Source: Dehalococcoidia bacterium
Lineage (GTDB): Bacteria > Chloroflexota > Dehalococcoidia > Plut-88900
Direction: 5' to 3'
DNA: 64,000 nucleotides
Assembly (NCBI GenBank): GCA_965197675.1
Contig: OZ240221.1
Location: forward strand, 280,095 to 344,094
Shown here: positions 36,809 through 46,792 of the stretch, piece after piece
Layout: every line of letters starts with the position of its first letter
Numbering within the stretch: position 1 is the stretch's first letter
Translations under genes and position numbers: made by a program
Notes under the pieces: model-generated
Told to the model about the DNA's origin: nothing
The model's database searches: none
The model's input: only the letters and a program-made list of their open reading frames with translations

Positions 36809-39382
36809 ATGATACCGTACAAGCTATCCCTGAAAAACTTCATGTGCTACAAGGATAGGGCGCCTTCGCTAATACTCGATGGTATACACGTGGCGTGTAT
36901 CTGTGGAGACAATGGCCATGGAAAATCGGCACTGCTGGATGCTATCACCTGGGCGCTATGGGGAGAAGCCAGGGCCAAGAGCACCGATGAGTTGGTGTCC
37001 CTCGGACAAACCGACATGGAAGTGGAGTTGGAGTTCCTGTCTGGAGATGAGCATTTCCGGGTCCTGCGTAAGCACTCCAAGGGCAAATCTGGGCGCTCAG
37101 GCAAGACGCTGCTAGAGCTTCACGTCGGCAATAGGTCCAACGGTGCAGAGTTCAAAGCTATAACCGCCAACACTGTGCGAGAGAGCCAGGGGCGAATAAT
37201 CGATCTGCTGCGCATGGACTACAAAACATTTGTCAACAGCGCCTTTCTCAGGCAGGGCAGAGCCGATGAGTTCACACTGAGTTCACCGGCCGAACGAAAG
37301 CAGATACTATCCAATATTCTCGGCCTCTCTCTCTACGATGATCTCGAGTCGGAAGCACGATCCAAAGCCAAGGTCTTGGATAGTGATATTCGTGTGCTGG
37401 AGATTGCAATTTCAGACATGGACAAGGAGTTGCAGCAGAGGGCATTGCATGAGGCTGATATGGCTCAGGTTATCGCTACCCTCTTCCAGGTGGACAAGGA
37501 TGAGGCACAGGAAAGGTTCCAGGTACAGGAGCTAGGTCGTCAAACCGATCTCCTTCAAGTCAAACGAGAAGAGCAGAAGCGACTCCAGAAACGAATCAAG
37601 GAGACACACCGGGATATAGAGGAGTCGGAGCAAGAGGTCCAGCAATATCAACGAAGGAGCCAGGAGTATCAGCAGGCATTAGACCAACGCCAGGCTGTGG
37701 AGGAAGGGTACAACCAGTTTCAGCGAATCCTCAAACTGAAGGAAGACCTAGATCGCAAACTCGCCTATTCCAACGAGCTAGTCCAGAGGCGAGGACGATT
37801 GGAGCGAGATATAGAGATCGAGAAGGGAGAATTAAACGTTCGCAGAGAGAGGCTGGTTAGTCAGGTTGAGCATCTTCAAAGTAAAGTCAATGGGGTACAG
37901 AGGTGGCAAGAGGAGCTGTCGGGAAAGAGTATACAGCTAGCCAACTTAGATGATCGTGAGGGGGAGCTAAAGCAGCAGCAGGAGAAATGCAACGAGGCTT
38001 TTGCCGAAGCCCGTCATTTAACGGAAGCCAATGATCAGCTAATGCGTGAGATGAAGGACCTAAGGAAAAAAGTAGACATGCTCTCGGAGGGTCAGGTCAA
38101 ATGTCCTCTATGCAATGGCCCTCTGGAAGAGGATGGACTGGAACATATACGCGGCGCCTATGAGAAAGATGGGCATCAGAAGAGTGAGACCTACAGGGAG
38201 AATCAAAAGCAGATAGATCGGTTAAACGCAGAACACCTGAATGGTCAGAAGAGGCTTCAGTCCGAGGGGGCTAAGCTGGAGCGGGAAAAATCGACGCTCA
38301 GCGGGCGAAGTTCTGTACTGAAGAGGGACTTGAGCGAGGCAGAGCAAGCCCAGGGAGAGCTGGAGACAATGCAGCAACACTTATGCAGCCTGGACAACCA
38401 GCTTTCACTGGGCAACTTTGCTTCCAAGCTGCAAGAGGACCTGACTCAGGTTGCGTCACAATTAAAGGTGTTGGACTATCAGCCGGAGGCGCATCGTGAG
38501 ACTCGAGAGCGACTCGATACTCTCAAGGGTTATGAGAAGCTGTACGGAAAGATACAAGAAGCTCAAGAACGCATCCCAGAAGTTCAGCAGGCCATCGAAC
38601 GAACAGAAGCACGTCTGAACAGGCTTCGAGCAGACTCTGAAGAGGACTCCAAAAGACTTGATGCCATTTCTGCTGAACTGCAGGAGCTTCCAGAGTTGGA
38701 GGACAAGCTAAGGCTGGCCGAACATTCTCACAAGCGACTACAAGAAGAGCAACGCAAGTGTAGAGATCGAAAGGCTATGCTTCAAGAGAGCCTGAGAAGG
38801 ATGGATGAGCTTCAAAAATCCAGGGACAGCAAGCAGTCTAACCTCAGGGGTTTGGCCAGGCGCAAGGGCATTTACGAAGAGCTAAGTCGGGCCTTTGGCA
38901 AGGGGGGAGTTCAAGCTCTCATCATCGAGACTGCCCTGCCCGAGATAGAGGAAGAGGCCAATAATTTGCTGGGTCGCATGACCGACAATCGTATGCACGT
39001 GAAAATGGAGACTCAGAGAGAGAAGAAAACAGGTGGGGCCCGAGAGACCCTGGACATCAATATAGCCGATGAGCTGGGTACTCGGCCATATGAACTTTTC
39101 AGTGGTGGAGAAGCGTTTCGCATCAACTTCGCCTTGCGGATTGCCCTGTCAAAACTTCTCGCCCGTAGAGCGGGAGCGCCACTGCCTATACTCTTCATCG
39201 ATGAGGGATTTGGCACCCAGGATGGGACTGGAAGAGAGAAGCTGTTGGAAGCTATCAACTCCATCCAGGAGGACTTCGAGAGGATTATCGTCATCACCCA
39301 CATAGAAGAGCTGAAAGAGGCCTTCCCCGTCAGGATTCAAGTCAGCAAGTCAGAAGAAGGCTCTACCTTCTCCATCAACTGA
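36809..39382 (+). CDS. sbcC: SbcC/Rad50-like SMC ATPase
   Basis: GDNGHGKS, Q-loop FLRQG, coiled coil with CPLC zinc hook, FSGGE, FIDEGFGTQD, VITH. Confidence 0.92.
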   Translation: MIPYKLSLKNFMCYKDRAPSLILDGIHVACICGDNGHGKSALLDAITWALWGEARAKSTDELVSLGQTDMEVELEFLSGDEHFRVLRKHSKGKSGRSGKTLLELHVGNRSNGAEFKAITANTVRESQGRIIDLLRMDYKTFVNSAFLRQGRADEFTLSSPAERKQILSNILGLSLYDDLESEARSKAKVLDSDIRVLEIAISDMDKELQQRALHEADMAQVIATLFQVDKDEAQERFQVQELGRQTDLLQVKREEQKRLQKRIKETHRDIEESEQEVQQYQRRSQEYQQALDQRQAVEEGYNQFQRILKLKEDLDRKLAYSNELVQRRGRLERDIEIEKGELNVRRERLVSQVEHLQSKVNGVQRWQEELSGKSIQLANLDDREGELKQQQEKCNEAFAEARHLTEANDQLMREMKDLRKKVDMLSEGQVKCPLCNGPLEEDGLEHIRGAYEKDGHQKSETYRENQKQIDRLNAEHLNGQKRLQSEGAKLEREKSTLSGRSSVLKRDLSEAEQAQGELETMQQHLCSLDNQLSLGNFASKLQEDLTQVASQLKVLDYQPEAHRETRERLDTLKGYEKLYGKIQEAQERIPEVQQAIERTEARLNRLRADSEEDSKRLDAISAELQELPELEDKLRLAEHSHKRLQEEQRKCRDRKAMLQESLRRMDELQKSRDSKQSNLRGLARRKGIYEELSRAFGKGGVQALIIETALPEIEEEANNLLGRMTDNRMHVKMETQREKKTGGARETLDINIADELGTRPYELFSGGEAFRINFALRIALSKLLARRAGAPLPILFIDEGFGTQDGTGREKLLEAINSIQEDFERIIVITHIEELKEAFPVRIQVSKSEEGSTFSIN

Positions 39383-39482
39383 TTCGCTCCTCGCTAAGTT
39401 TAAAAAGCCCTCAACGCTTCTATTCTCACTACCCTTCAGCGGTCGGGTCTACCTCATTAAAATAGAAGCTAGCCAGAAAAAC

Positions 39483-40409
39483 GTGATATGCTTATTAGGG
39501 ATTATGAGGCGCGATGAAGCCATTCGAACGTGGGACCTTACTAAATATTACGGTAAGGTCGTTGGCATCGAGTCTATGTACGCCGACGTGCTGGAGGGTG
39601 AGACCTTCGGTCTTCTAGGGCTGAGCGGTTCAGGCAAAAGCACCATCATTCAGCTTCTGGTGGGGCTAAAGAAGCTTAGTCGAGGAAATGCCGATATCCT
39701 TGATCTAAATGTCCGAACCCAGTCACATGAGATTCGAAAGTCGGTGGGCTGTGCACTGGGTGACTTTTCATTCTATGACGACTTCACCGGCGACCAGTTT
39801 TTGAATCTGTGCTCTCGGCTCAAGGGAAAACAAGGCAGCAGGAGACATGAGTTGGTTCAACGCCTGGAGGTTGACCCCGAACGAAAGTTTAGGAACTACT
39901 CACTGGATGACAGGCAAAAGCTGGCATTGATCCAGGCGCTAATGCACGACCCCCCTCTTCTGCTGCTCGATGATCCGACCACCGGCCTCGATCCCCTCTC
40001 CAAAGATATCTTCTACCACATACTTGCCGAGGAAAAGGCTAAGGGAAAGACCATACTCCTGTCGACTAACTCTCCGACCGAGGTAACTCGATTCTGTGAA
40101 CGGGTTGGGATAGTGAAGGACGGCCATCTCCGCGATACGCAGAACATGGATGACCTAAAAAACGAGGTGGGACGTAGGCTTCGGGTCATCTTCCGCGAGG
40201 ATGTGGACTTGGAGGACATAATTACGGAGGATCTCTCTGTAGTTAGTCACCATGGCCGAGAATGGGTGCTGGCAGTGCGAGGGCATATGGGCAGCTTTGT
40301 GAAGAGGATAAGCGCCTTTAATATAGGGGACGTATTCTTTCTGGAAGGTAGTGTTGAAGAAGCACTTACAGAACTGTTCCAAGACCAGTCGGAACCGGAG
40401 CAAAAGTGA
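39483..40409 (+). CDS. ABC-2 exporter ATP-binding subunit (degenerate motifs)
   Basis: Walker A GLSGSGKST; signature YSLDDRQK, Walker B LLLLDDPT, H-loop LSTN. Confidence 0.85.
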   Translation: MICLLGIMRRDEAIRTWDLTKYYGKVVGIESMYADVLEGETFGLLGLSGSGKSTIIQLLVGLKKLSRGNADILDLNVRTQSHEIRKSVGCALGDFSFYDDFTGDQFLNLCSRLKGKQGSRRHELVQRLEVDPERKFRNYSLDDRQKLALIQALMHDPPLLLLDDPTTGLDPLSKDIFYHILAEEKAKGKTILLSTNSPTEVTRFCERVGIVKDGHLRDTQNMDDLKNEVGRRLRVIFREDVDLEDIITEDLSVVSHHGREWVLAVRGHMGSFVKRISAFNIGDVFFLEGSVEEALTELFQDQSEPEQK

Positions 40410-41248
40410 GCATCCGCCTCTACCTGGTTAATCTTCAATTGAGCCGACTTGCGCTATTGGCTTGGCCCGTTTTTCTCGGTTCATACGCTGTATTGGTAGT
40501 CTATATCTATCCATCTATAAACGATGCCACCGACTTTTTAGACCAACTGCGCCAGCTACCCGTGCAAGTCCGGGCAGCCATGGGACTGCCTGACGAATCG
40601 CTAGAAAGGCTATTCCCTGACGGCGAGTTCTCCTTCAACGGTGTATTGACTACTCACTACCTCATCTGGTGGCCGGTCTTTGTGGGGGCCTATGCCATCA
40701 TCTACGGAAGCGGAGTTATTGCTAAAGATATAGAGCAGGGTAGCCTTAGGACTCTCTTGAGTCAGCCGTTGCGTCGCTACAAATACCTGTTATCTAAGTC
40801 GGCAGCCTTTGTAAGCATCACAGTAGTGTTTTGGATGGTATCTTGGGGATTCGTCACAGCGGCAGCGGTCATCAGCGACATAGACGTCAATGTGCAAAAC
40901 GTCGCCATAGCGCATACTGTCGGATGGCTGCTTATCCTGACCATATTCAGCTATTCAGTACTTATCTCCTCGGTTTTCCTGCGGTTCTCCAGTGCGCTCG
41001 TCATGGCCTATCTCGTGACCTTCGTCTTCTACATGCTGAACTTCATCACCCCTGCCTACGATTCCACAGATTGGTTGAAGAACCTTTCCATCTTCCATTT
41101 TTACCAACCCCTGACTCTACTGGAGGAGGCGGATGTAAAATGGACCGGACTTGGAGTTTACGGAGGGATAATCGTAGGGTCTCACCTACTATCGATCATC
41201 ATTTTCCAGCGCAGGGATATACAGAGGCAGCATTTCTACGGGGTATGA
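40406..41248 (+). CDS. ABC-2 type permease
   Basis: IAKDIEQGSL..LLSQPLRR...LSK, LSIFHFY, FQRRDI; six TM segments. Confidence 0.85.
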   Translation: MSIRLYLVNLQLSRLALLAWPVFLGSYAVLVVYIYPSINDATDFLDQLRQLPVQVRAAMGLPDESLERLFPDGEFSFNGVLTTHYLIWWPVFVGAYAIIYGSGVIAKDIEQGSLRTLLSQPLRRYKYLLSKSAAFVSITVVFWMVSWGFVTAAAVISDIDVNVQNVAIAHTVGWLLILTIFSYSVLISSVFLRFSSALVMAYLVTFVFYMLNFITPAYDSTDWLKNLSIFHFYQPLTLLEEADVKWTGLGVYGGIIVGSHLLSIIIFQRRDIQRQHFYGV

Positions 41249-41385
41249 TCCCAGCACGACCGGCGGTCGGAACGCCCTGACTGTGGTGTCCACCGGTGGC
41301 GTCGGATCTCTTAATTGAATGAGTGAAACCAGAGATGGGTAGAACTAGTACTATGTATCTGGCCTGTCTTTAGCGATTCAGATAC

Positions 41386-41490
41386 TTATGCTTCTTTTTC
41401 ACCACTTCGACGGACTTTCCAGAATAAGCTGGCCGAGGAGATGAGGGCTAAGAACCCTCCAAGAAGAGCCATCCTCTTTTTTTTGCTCAT
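41386..41490 (-). CDS. Small single-TM peptide (34 aa; not in ORF track)
   Basis: AGGAGAG RBS then MSKKKRMALLGGFLALISSASLFWKVRRSGEKEA. Confidence 0.6.
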   Translation of the reverse strand: MSKKKRMALLGGFLALISSASLFWKVRRSGEKEA

Positions 41491-41515
41491 GCTACTCTCC
41501 TATACCCAGACGAGT

Positions 41516-41833
41516 CTATTGTGCCAACCCTCGTGTTGCCAATCGATCTTTAACAACACGGCGAACACCCAATGCTTTTCCCGACGCCTTTGACGCCAAT
41601 TCTTGCCCGCGCACCCTAGTTCTGGCGGCCCACTCTTGACCTTGAGTCTTTGTCTTCTCTTTGAGTATCCCGATAACGCGCTCTCGGAGGACGGGGTCTT
41701 CTCGGAATTGCTTCGCAAACTGGGGCACCAACTGAATTATCAACTCTCTTCTATCCCCATCGGGCAACTGATAAATCGCATCTTCGATCTCTTCTATACT
41801 CACTTCACTCACTCTTTCTAAACTAAAACACAC
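41516..41833 (-). CDS. Hypothetical helical protein
   Basis: ORF downstream of a minus-strand TTGACA-18-TAAAAT promoter (41981-42010). Confidence 0.6.
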   Translation of the reverse strand: MCFSLERVSEVSIEEIEDAIYQLPDGDRRELIIQLVPQFAKQFREDPVLRERVIGILKEKTKTQGQEWAARTRVRGQELASKASGKALGVRRVVKDRLATRGLAQ

Positions 41834-42086
41834 CTAACTTCCACCGGATTGCGCATTGCGTTCCTACTTTAGCTAACTTTCATTGACTGTTAGGAAGACT
41901 TTGTACTGCTCTGGCGTAGAACGCTACCACTCGAATAGGGCTAGCCCAGGGAGGCTGGTAATTTAAAGAAGTCTAAAACCATTTTAACATTGTACCTACA
42001 TATATGTCAACATATAGTGCATAACGAATTGCCATAGATTCCCCACCTCTGAACGACTGGGGAGATGGGACTGCTCCCTCTCCCTC

Positions 42087-42453
42087 GAGAGTCTGTCTCA
42101 GAAAGGCAAACGCCTTGAGCCCCAACCGCCCAACCAGATAGATTTTTGTATCGGGCGCACATCCCCCATCCCTCTTGTCAGAGGGATGCTTCCCTGCCTA
42201 CTGCAGGCAGGCCTCTGGGCTCCCTCCGTGCGAGCTTCTAGGACAGGGCTGGGGTGAGGGGGACATCCACCCCGTAAACACCCCCCGGATTCCCGTGTCA
42301 AGCACGAGAATGACGGTATAGAGGGTGGCAAGGGAATGGCGGCATAGGGGGTGAGAGCACTCTTCCCTTCGACTACGCTCAGGATAAACTCTAGGCTCAG
42401 GCTGAGCGGAGATACCTCATCCCCTGAGGGAGAAGGAGCCGGGGGATTTTGGC
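42087..42453. repeat. Modular palindromic intergenic repeat, copy 7
   Basis: GATTCCCGTGTCAAGCACGAGAATGACGGTATAG..TTCCCTTCGACTACGCTCAGG..GAGCGGAGATAC matches 2781-2945. Confidence 0.88.
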
Positions 42454-42536
42454 ATTCTATAAACCTCGTGAGAAATCAACGCCTCTATGTTTATCAACCT
42501 TGACCATTGGATTAGATGCGGATATGCTTTGAGAAA

Positions 42537-42613
42537 CGGGGCGTAGCGCAGTCCGGAAGCGCGCCACGTTTGGGACGTGGAGGTCCCGGGTTCGAATCCC
42601 GGCGCCCCGACCA
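42537..42613 (+). tRNA. tRNA-Pro (TGG)
   Basis: CGGGGCG acceptor stem, anticodon arm CCACG-TTTGGGA-CGTGG, GTTCGAATCC, encoded CCA. Confidence 0.97.
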
Positions 42614-42711
42614 AGCAGACAGGCATGCATCAGTCACAGATTACAGTTGTTCGACCATAGCTATTATAGAATCCATATCCGGAGAGCTAACAGGCCAGGA
42701 GGTGTAGAGGA

Positions 42712-42855
42712 ATGCTCAGGTTAATTGGCCGTTTGTTCACTCTGATAGGAATACTTGCAGTACTTATCGTGACCACGGTAGCGGTGGCCGTAGCCTTGCT
42801 ATGGTGGCAGGATAAGCAGTGGCAGGCTAAGGCCACTCAAAATGGTAACGGCTGA
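42712..42855 (+). CDS. Small single-TM peptide (47 aa; not in ORF track)
   Basis: GGAGG/GAGG RBS; MLRLIGRLFTLIGILAVLIVTTVAVAVALLWWQDKQWQAKATQNGNG. Confidence 0.6.
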   Translation: MLRLIGRLFTLIGILAVLIVTTVAVAVALLWWQDKQWQAKATQNGNG

Positions 42856-42919
42856 GGAGCAACTTCCCTCAAAGAAGATGCCAGCTTAGAACGTGAGAGA
42901 GCAGACAGCTAACACAGGC

Positions 42920-44083
42920 CTAGGGCTTGAGAGTTTGCAAGGTTTCTGTGACCGTATTTATTTCTTGATCTGTATTGAAGAAGTCCGTCGCAAGTCGAAT
43001 GCAGGACGGCTTGCGAACTGTCCTCGCAACGATCTTTCGTTCCTGCCATAGGTGGTCTACTACCTGTGCAGCCTCAAATCCTTCAACCTGGAAGGACGTA
43101 AGCCCTGTAACTCCCGGCCCATCGTAGGGTGAGAGTATCTTCACTCCAGGTACTTCGCCTATAGAGGCCTTGAGAGACGTGGCTAACTCTCGATTGCGAG
43201 ACTCTATCTTCTCAGGTCCTAACGCCTCAATGAAATCAAGAGCTGCCGAGAAGCCTGCTGCCAGTGGCGCACTTGATGTGGTTAACCTGAACTTATCGGT
43301 AAAGGACGAGCTGGTCTGAAAATCGATGGGCTCTTCAAGAGAGTCCAAAGAATCATAAGCGACGTAGGATGGCTGAATGCTGGAAATCATCTCCTCTCGG
43401 ATGTAGAGCGCCCCCACCCCATCGGGTCCCAGCATCCACTTATGGGCTGGAATGGAATAGAAGTCCACTCCCAGTCGAGGTATATCAAGGGCGATGTGGC
43501 CTGGAGTTTGGGCTCCATCCACTAGCATGTAGACGTCTCTAGAGCCGACAAGTTTCCGGATACTTTCCACAGGCATCCGAAGCCCGCAGGAATACTGGAC
43601 GTGGCTAAAAACTATCATCCTGGTACTGTCGGTCAGGGCGTCTGCCACCTTAGTAAGGATATCTGCCCAATCATCGTCGGTAGCCAAAGGCACAACCCTC
43701 ACCGATACACCGCGGCGAAGCCGATTATAAAAACATGGCGTAAGCACCGATGAGTGCTCGATGTCAAAGGTGATTATCTCGTCTCCGTCACGCCAGGGAA
43801 AACCGTTGAGTATTATGTTGAGTCCCTCGGTTGTGTTCTGGGTCAAAGCAATCTCGGATGCCTTCACATTTAGGAGACCTGCCACCTTCTCTTTGGTGTT
43901 GAAGAAAAGCTCCTCGGCACTATCTAACACCTCTCGACAGGTTGGCCCCTGGTAGCTCTCGTACTCCAACCTCTCTTTCACCGCCTCCACAACTGGTGTA
44001 GGAGATGGCCCGGACCAACCGGTATTCATATATATGGTGCGCCGGCAGGCAGGAATCTTCTCTCTGAGGGAGGCAACGTCCAC
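42920..44083 (-). CDS. Class-V PLP aminotransferase (cysteine desulfurase/lyase-like)
   Basis: YMNTG, NTTEG, EH, VDGAQ, HKWMLGP. Confidence 0.87.
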   Translation of the reverse strand: MDVASLREKIPACRRTIYMNTGWSGPSPTPVVEAVKERLEYESYQGPTCREVLDSAEELFFNTKEKVAGLLNVKASEIALTQNTTEGLNIILNGFPWRDGDEIITFDIEHSSVLTPCFYNRLRRGVSVRVVPLATDDDWADILTKVADALTDSTRMIVFSHVQYSCGLRMPVESIRKLVGSRDVYMLVDGAQTPGHIALDIPRLGVDFYSIPAHKWMLGPDGVGALYIREEMISSIQPSYVAYDSLDSLEEPIDFQTSSSFTDKFRLTTSSAPLAAGFSAALDFIEALGPEKIESRNRELATSLKASIGEVPGVKILSPYDGPGVTGLTSFQVEGFEAAQVVDHLWQERKIVARTVRKPSCIRLATDFFNTDQEINTVTETLQTLKP

Positions 44084-44202
44084 GTCAGTCCTCTATTCCG
44101 GGGAAATCTGGGCTATTATAGCACACGTGGTGAGTTTGCCATCGAGTGGGATCACAAGTACAATTATGCTTGTATTCGCTTAAGGTCTCGGGGGGTAATA
44201 TC

Positions 44203-45876
44203 ATGGGAGAGCACGATCTGGTAATTCGAGGAGGCACAATCGTTGATGGTACGGGTGTCCCTCGCTATAAGGGTGATCTGGCGGTGAAAGATGGTCGTGT
44301 GGCCATGATCAGCGGAGTTATCAAGTCAAGTGGAGCGAAAGAGATCGATGCCTCCGGCTGTATCGTGGCACCAGGCGCTATTGACCTCCATACCCACTAC
44401 GATGCCCAGCTAAATTGGGACCCTTACGCATCCCTCTCGGGATGGTTCGGGGTTACCTCCCTCACCATAGGCCAGTGTGGGTTCGGCTTCGCTCCGACCA
44501 AACCCGAAGACAGGGATCTGAACATGCGGATGATGAACCGCATCGAGGCTATTCCTCTAGAATCCATGCGGCTGGGAATACGTTGGGACTGGGAGACTTT
44601 TCCCGAGTTCCTAGACAGCCTGGAGCAACAGGGACTGGGTCTGAACGTAGGAGCACTGTTCCCCTTCTCGCCTCTACGCGGTTATGTTTTAGGGATGATG
44701 GATGCCCGAGAGAGAACGTCGGTGACAGATCAAGAGATGAATCAAATGAAGCAGCTCTTCTACGAGGGTATGAAGGCCGGAGCATTCGGGTTCTCTGCTG
44801 ACAAGAACATAGAGGATCGTCCTGAGGATGGGAGATTCCTGCCCAGTCATGTGGCTTCAGAAGAAGAGTTTCTTGGGTTGGCGGAGGTTCTGGGCGAGTT
44901 TGGCGTCGGACATGTAGGATGGACCACATTCAATGCGGAAAACCCTCAACGAGAACATGATTTGGCAGAAAGAATGATGAGAATTAGTGGACGTCCCCTA
45001 CATCTGGCCATTGGGATTGGGAGCGATGCAACAGGCCGCGACTGGGTAGGATCCGTCCGCGCTGACGGATTACCTCTGCTTACTCAGGAAGGCGTGATGG
45101 ATCTGATGGCAGAGTTCACTTTGGCCGAATACAACATGTTCGACTATATGCCTAATTGGATACAGCCCCTTGTGGGAACTCCAGAAGAGCGCTCTGCCAA
45201 GCTTAGGAAGCCTGGGATCAGAGAGGCCATGAAACGAGATGTGGAGGAGAAACCCTTCCTGAGGACCGATTGGCCAAGGGTTAGGGTGCTACAGGTGGCA
45301 CATGAGCGAAACTACGAATACGAAGGCAGATCGATAGCAGATATAGCCGAAACTGAAAATAAACATCCGGTGGATGTTTTCCTAGACTTAGCATTGGATG
45401 AGGACTTGCAGACGCTATTCAGCAATCAGGAAGATGAAGTTAGGGTAGACCGCATCACACTCCCTTACGGGCACATATCTGTGTCTGATGGAGGCGCCCA
45501 TACTAGATTTCTCACAGCTAGCTTGTGGCCTATGGAGTTCCTGAGGCGTTGGGTTCGCGACGAAGAGATCATGACCTTAGAACAGGCCCACTACAAGATA
45601 AGCTCATTGCCTGCCTGGTTCGCAGGCTTTAAGGATCGGGGGATGCTCCGGGTTGGTAATTGGGCCGATATCATGGTGTATAACCAAGAAGAGTTAGGTT
45701 ATCTGTATGATAAACCCATCTTCGCCAATGACTTCCCCGGAGGAGAACGACGTCTCATCCAGAAGCCGAAGGGATTAAGGTATACCCTCATCAACGGCGT
45801 CGTCACCTTCGAAGATAACGATTGCACGGGCGCTTTGCCCGGCAGGCTTCTACGCAGCTACGATATGATCAGCTAG
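44203..45876 (+). CDS. N-acyl-D-amino-acid deacylase family amidohydrolase
   Basis: GGTIVDGTG, PGAIDLHTHYD, SDGGAH, DRG.L.VG..AD. Confidence 0.88.
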   Translation: MGEHDLVIRGGTIVDGTGVPRYKGDLAVKDGRVAMISGVIKSSGAKEIDASGCIVAPGAIDLHTHYDAQLNWDPYASLSGWFGVTSLTIGQCGFGFAPTKPEDRDLNMRMMNRIEAIPLESMRLGIRWDWETFPEFLDSLEQQGLGLNVGALFPFSPLRGYVLGMMDARERTSVTDQEMNQMKQLFYEGMKAGAFGFSADKNIEDRPEDGRFLPSHVASEEEFLGLAEVLGEFGVGHVGWTTFNAENPQREHDLAERMMRISGRPLHLAIGIGSDATGRDWVGSVRADGLPLLTQEGVMDLMAEFTLAEYNMFDYMPNWIQPLVGTPEERSAKLRKPGIREAMKRDVEEKPFLRTDWPRVRVLQVAHERNYEYEGRSIADIAETENKHPVDVFLDLALDEDLQTLFSNQEDEVRVDRITLPYGHISVSDGGAHTRFLTASLWPMEFLRRWVRDEEIMTLEQAHYKISSLPAWFAGFKDRGMLRVGNWADIMVYNQEELGYLYDKPIFANDFPGGERRLIQKPKGLRYTLINGVVTFEDNDCTGALPGRLLRSYDMIS

Positions 45877-46330
45877 CCTGCATAAGCTCTATGCCCAGCC
45901 CGTTCGGGTCCTTGAAATAGAGAGCACCACCTATCTCTTGAAACTGGATGCCTCGCTCGCCGAAGCTAGTCTTCACCTCCTTTAATCGGGGTGATGGTAC
46001 GGGTATGGCCAAGTGCATGATTCCGCCGACTCCTTCTGGCGCGCGACGCCGCAACCTTGGCACATGGGGGAAGTCAAAGAAGGAGATTAAAGTCCCCCTT
46101 CCGATGTCCACGTTCACGTGGGTGGACTCGGGAACGTCTCGATTGGATGTAACGCTTACCACCGGCATCGATAAGACGTTTGTGTAGAATTCGGCGGTTA
46201 TCTCCAAATCTTTTGCAAACACCGCAACATGGTTGACTCCCTGAGCGGGAGATTCGATCTTACCATTCGATATCCACTCTCGGAGCCTTTCCCGTTTCTC
46301 TTCCAGCTCGTCTCTTGGTGCAGTAGCCAC
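45869..46330 (-). CDS. VOC (glyoxalase-like) protein
   Basis: NHVAV, FYTNVL, HLAI, YFKDPNGLGIEL. Confidence 0.85.
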   Translation of the reverse strand: MATAPRDELEEKRERLREWISNGKIESPAQGVNHVAVFAKDLEITAEFYTNVLSMPVVSVTSNRDVPESTHVNVDIGRGTLISFFDFPHVPRLRRRAPEGVGGIMHLAIPVPSPRLKEVKTSFGERGIQFQEIGGALYFKDPNGLGIELMQAS

Positions 46331-46792
46331 AAATTACCTCCCCGTGCTTCTTTTCAAATCTACTATAACTTATCCTTCGCTCCTCACTGGTGTTCAGGCA
46401 CAGTTATGGGAAACCGGTATCCGCTTCCGACTCGCAGTCAAAAGCGACGGATCGCACGTCTCTCGATAGGACATGGACTGTAGGAGAAGCTTCAGATGTT
46501 TAATGCGAGGGGATAGGACGGTCCGAGCAACCGACATCTGCCTCCGACATCTCATCTGGGTCGCGACTGGGAGCAGGTATACGACACGATGCGTCCACAC
46601 CAAGCTCTCAGCTACCTTACTACTCTCAGTTCCTCTGGCAACATCACAGTCCGCTTCGCAGCAGGCGCCAATGAGGTCTTGTTACGTATTTAGGTGGGGA
46701 ATCCGGGGCGAGTACGTCATCTTTACACAGATACCCCTAAGAAGTAATATTAGCCTACCGTGCGAGTAGATTGACTAAGGAGGTGGCGTGTC

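Noticed and set aside
46340-46790. Riboswitch in the long leader of acoA
   Set aside because: No TPP or other riboswitch consensus recognised
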